From the NCBI GenBank assembly GCA_017399305.1, contig JAFQDK010000041.1, positions 9,504 to 73,503 on the forward strand: DNA of 64,000 bases, read 5' to 3'. Shown here one piece after another: positions 60,956 through 64,000 of the stretch (positions are counted from its first letter, which is position 1; every line of letters starts with the position of its first letter). The notes beneath the pieces were generated by a model, which searched no databases, was not told where the DNA came from, and saw nothing but the letters and a program-made list of their open reading frames with translations. The stretch is from Clostridia bacterium (GTDB lineage Bacteria; Bacillota; Clostridia; Oscillospirales; CAG-272). Position numbers and translations under genes: made by a program.

Positions 60956-63900
60956 TTAGAATGTGAATACGATGTATCCCTTTTCAATGGTGAATTCTAC
61001 AGTATGAAGTTTTCCTTCGTCATCCTTAACGATAACCTGAAGATTCTTCATATCTGCATATTCAGCAGGAAGAGGAATGCTGTATGTGATGTTGGTAGCG
61101 TTGCCGTCAGTTTCATAAGAAACCTTAACCTCGGAACCGTATGCAGTATCCTGAAGAAGTGCATTGAGTGCAGCCTTCTCGGTCTTTGAAAGCTTGGATG
61201 CTACTACATCGAAGTCAGCGAGGTTACCGGATGCATCAACAGCGATTGCACCGGCATTAGCAGCACCATCCTCTGCATAGAGAAGTGCAGTTTCTACCTT
61301 GCCGCAAGACTTACATGTACGAGTCTTAACGCCGGGTTCAGTAGCAGTAGGCTCGGTTGTAACGGTATACTTGCCGAAGTTGTGGTTTGCACTTGTTACT
61401 TCAACATTTACCTTGCCACAAATTTCACAAGTAGTCTGAACGCCGATACCGCAACCGGTAGAGATCTCAACACCGCTATCCCACTCATGCTCGCAGAGAT
61501 CCTGGAGATTCTGAGAACAGTTTACGCAAACATTGTTATCATCATAATCATGCTCGCCTGTAGCAACATTGGTGCCGATGGAATACTGGATAAATCCACA
61601 CTCGGAGCATACTTCCTTCATAATCTCAGGGTTGATACAGTTTGCAGGAGTTGCAACTTCTGCATCGCCAAAGGTGTGATCAACGGGTTCAAATACAACA
61701 GTGTACTTCTTGTCGCAATCATCACAGATGTAAACACCGTAACCCTGCTTTGCACATGTAGATTCAACCTCTTCTACGGTTTCCGCGATATCATGCTCGC
61801 CATCAGCGTTTTCTTCGCAGAATGTATCGCCGAGAGCCTTGAAGAGAATTGTCTTGCTGTGAGGAGAAAGGTTGAATTGGAATGCAGTATCCTTAGCAGA
61901 AGGAACTGAAGGATCATAGTAAATTGTGAGTGTATCAAGATTTGCGGTGATGTCGTAAGTACCATCCTCCTGAGCTCTGAGGTTACCGCCCAAAGGTCGG
62001 AGTGTGGTTTCACCGGTAACAGACTGGAAGCTCTGAGAGGTGATAGTTCCGTCGTAAATGTAAATCGAAACGTTTCTTGCAGAACCTGCAGCAAGGTTAG
62101 CGGTCTTATTAACACCTACGATAGAGAAGTAGTTACCTACAGAAAGAGAACCGTCAAGAACAAAAGTAATATCCTTTACATCTCTTTCAAAGCCGCCGAG
62201 AGCAACATAGTCACGGAATGAAACATCGCCAAGAATTCTTACAGTTACAGAATTTCTGCTGTCGCCGCAAGATTCGGTAGAACCGCTGCCGGGACCACCT
62301 ACGGAGCCGCCGATCATTTCATAATATGTACCGGAGTAAATGGTAACATCATTGCTGCCGCCAGGGCAGTTAGCTGCAGTTATGTGAGTACCATCTGCAT
62401 GGTACTGTGAGTGATAGCATCCACCTACAATAACAGGAGCACAAGAACTGAGTCTCTGATTTGTATTTCTCATCCAGTCGATTGTAACATTTTCGCCGAG
62501 AACGAGCTTGTTATGCTGAGCAGCAAGATAGAAGAAACCATCGTTTGCTCTTGAAGTGTTCCAGTTGGAGAACTCGATGTTCTTAAAGATGGTGTCACCG
62601 TTCAATGCATAAAGGGTCTTACCGGTGGTGGAAAGTGCCGGGAACTTGAATACGCCAAGGTTGTTATAACCGCAAATAGTAATAGTGTTGTCATGTGCAG
62701 GCTCAGCAAATACTGTATGAGTAGAACCGCTGAAGTTAGGATCAACAGTTATAGAACCAACAACATAGATAGTTGCATCGCCGCCTTTATATGCTGCAGC
62801 GAGTTTAAGCGCAGTCTCAAAGTCGTTAAGGGGATAATCAGCGCTAAAACCGCCGTTGCCCTTACCGTTATCGGAAACGTAGATCTCGCCGTTGTTTTCG
62901 CCGCTGTAGGAGCCTTCAACGCCACAAATGTCGCAGTAGAAAGTGAGTTCACCGGAAGTCGTATCCCAGATGTACTCGTGGTCAGTAGCAGTCTTACATT
63001 CCTTAGTGTCACAGAATGTACAGTAACCATCTACATAATCATGACCGCCGGCGTACTTAACACACCATCTGCGGAATGTGAGGTTCTCCTGATTTTCGTA
63101 ATATGTATCTGCATACTGATTACCCTTTGCAATGAAGCCCATAGCATAATCCTCAGCGCTGGGAGAATTGGTGTCGGAAATGCTGTAGTAGCAGTTGACG
63201 TTCTTCCAGTGCTTGGCAGAAGCACCCATCATAAAGTCACCAACGGTCATATTTACACCGCTACCATTGTGGAAGAAGTGGTTTACAGTGTACTGGTCGT
63301 TTGTTCTGCCCTGTGTTTCAGAACGGTATGCAAGAGCAATAGTACCACCGTAATAGTGCATATTAACAACCGTACCGCTTACGTCTATGTTCTGGTCAAC
63401 ATTGATAGGAGCGAGCTGTGCAATCTTAGCTTCCGGACCGATAGAAATGTTGAAGGTACAATTCTTAGTATCCATAGCCTTACGTGAGCCGCCAACAACT
63501 ACAAAGAATGTACCGCCGTTAATGGTCATGTCAACGGTATAGGTTTCGTAGTTAGCGCCAGGATAATATCCGTTGGGATAGAAGCCGCCGCAAAGATATA
63601 TCTTACACGAAGGAACATCAATAGTAACATCGGTTGCATGACCCCAGTTACCGCCGGTCTTGGTATAAGCAAAGGTCTTTGTAGCTGCGGTACTTGCCAT
63701 CTCTACATTCTCTGTAAATACAATTGGGAAGCCACGACCGTAGATAGAGGTGCTCTGGCTGGAAGAGTTAGTAGAACCTGTAGCGTCACTAGAAATGTAT
63801 ATATCATCAAAGGTAGTAGGACCGGAGAGGTAGTACATGGAAGCGGTTGCAAAGGGGAAGAAAAGTGTTCCCTTTGCCGCACCGGGAGCAGATGTAATTG

Positions 63901-64000
63901 TTACATGTGCGTCATGGCGTGCTTCCTCAAAGTTCTTAATAGCTGTATTGTTTGCGGAAACAGGGTTATGGAAGAGTTTAACAGTACCTACGAGATAAAT
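60956..64000 (-). CDS. C-terminal >1000 aa of a very large protein with Gly/Asn/Thr-rich beta-repeat region and Cys-rich 'H..(F/Y/W)...C..CG' modules (5' end outside window)
   Basis: I translated 63839-64000 in the same frame and found no stop, so the track's Met at 63838 is internal. At least 4 Cys-rich modules, for example 'HNFGKYTVTTEPTATEPGVKTRTCKSCGK'. Confidence 0.7.
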   Translation of the reverse strand: MYLVGTVKLFHNPVSANNTAIKNFEEARHDAHVTITSAPGAAKGTLFFPFATASMYYLSGPTTFDDIYISSDATGSTNSSSQSTSIYGRGFPIVFTENVEMASTAATKTFAYTKTGGNWGHATDVTIDVPSCKIYLCGGFYPNGYYPGANYETYTVDMTINGGTFFVVVGGSRKAMDTKNCTFNISIGPEAKIAQLAPINVDQNIDVSGTVVNMHYYGGTIALAYRSETQGRTNDQYTVNHFFHNGSGVNMTVGDFMMGASAKHWKNVNCYYSISDTNSPSAEDYAMGFIAKGNQYADTYYENQENLTFRRWCVKYAGGHDYVDGYCTFCDTKECKTATDHEYIWDTTSGELTFYCDICGVEGSYSGENNGEIYVSDNGKGNGGFSADYPLNDFETALKLAAAYKGGDATIYVVGSITVDPNFSGSTHTVFAEPAHDNTITICGYNNLGVFKFPALSTTGKTLYALNGDTIFKNIEFSNWNTSRANDGFFYLAAQHNKLVLGENVTIDWMRNTNQRLSSCAPVIVGGCYHSQYHADGTHITAANCPGGSNDVTIYSGTYYEMIGGSVGGPGSGSTESCGDSRNSVTVRILGDVSFRDYVALGGFERDVKDITFVLDGSLSVGNYFSIVGVNKTANLAAGSARNVSIYIYDGTITSQSFQSVTGETTLRPLGGNLRAQEDGTYDITANLDTLTIYYDPSVPSAKDTAFQFNLSPHSKTILFKALGDTFCEENADGEHDIAETVEEVESTCAKQGYGVYICDDCDKKYTVVFEPVDHTFGDAEVATPANCINPEIMKEVCSECGFIQYSIGTNVATGEHDYDDNNVCVNCSQNLQDLCEHEWDSGVEISTGCGIGVQTTCEICGKVNVEVTSANHNFGKYTVTTEPTATEPGVKTRTCKSCGKVETALLYAEDGAANAGAIAVDASGNLADFDVVASKLSKTEKAALNALLQDTAYGSEVKVSYETDGNATNITYSIPLPAEYADMKNLQVIVKDDEGKLHTVEFTIEKGYIVFTF

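Noticed and set aside
60196-63487. 256-aa and 264-aa plus-strand ORFs antisense to the S1-domain gene and the giant protein.
   Set aside because: Shadow ORFs. The minus-strand products have recognisable S1 motifs and repeat modules.

Overview
This 64-kb chromosomal segment reads like an anaerobic Firmicute of the Clostridia. It has dockerin modules, SLH-like anchors, GGAGG-type RBSs and sigma-A promoters with extended -10 boxes. A Ruminococcus/Oscillospiraceae-like gut or rumen organism is my guess only. I call about 53 protein genes. I saw no rRNA, tRNA, CRISPR array, transposase, integrase or phage module.

Ordinary content:
- a BlaI/BlaR1-type pair and a UvrD/PcrA-type helicase operon
- def-GNAT and a PPi-type phosphofructokinase
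- a complete livJHMGF-type branched-chain amino-acid ABC operon and a polar amino-acid ABC operon
- APC and MATE transporters, a heterodimeric ABC exporter, a D-Ala-D-Ala carboxypeptidase and yajC
- mtnN, an aldo/keto reductase-ferredoxin fusion, a cytidylate-kinase-like protein and an S1-domain protein

Accessory content is mostly secreted carbohydrate-active or cell-surface proteins:
- two DUF2961/GH172 genes flanking an AraC regulator, with a shared upstream motif
- a lone radical SAM/SPASM gene and two GH43 genes
- two orphan solute-binding lipoprotein paralogs, a WG-repeat/SLH wall protein and a serpin
- the end of a giant Cys-rich protein

Best candidates for something undescribed:
1. 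A tight five-gene operon (30810-39039, minus strand). It encodes three paralogous Asp-box/sialidase-fold exoproteins with different targeting modules, a dockerin-only mini-protein, and a 39-aa lipoprotein whose start overlaps the preceding stop (TGATG).
2. A 640-aa membrane protein with a C-terminal RyR domain.
3. A DapF-fold protein in which both catalytic cysteines are replaced.

All calls rest on motif recognition by eye in the supplied translations and sequence. No database search or computation was possible.
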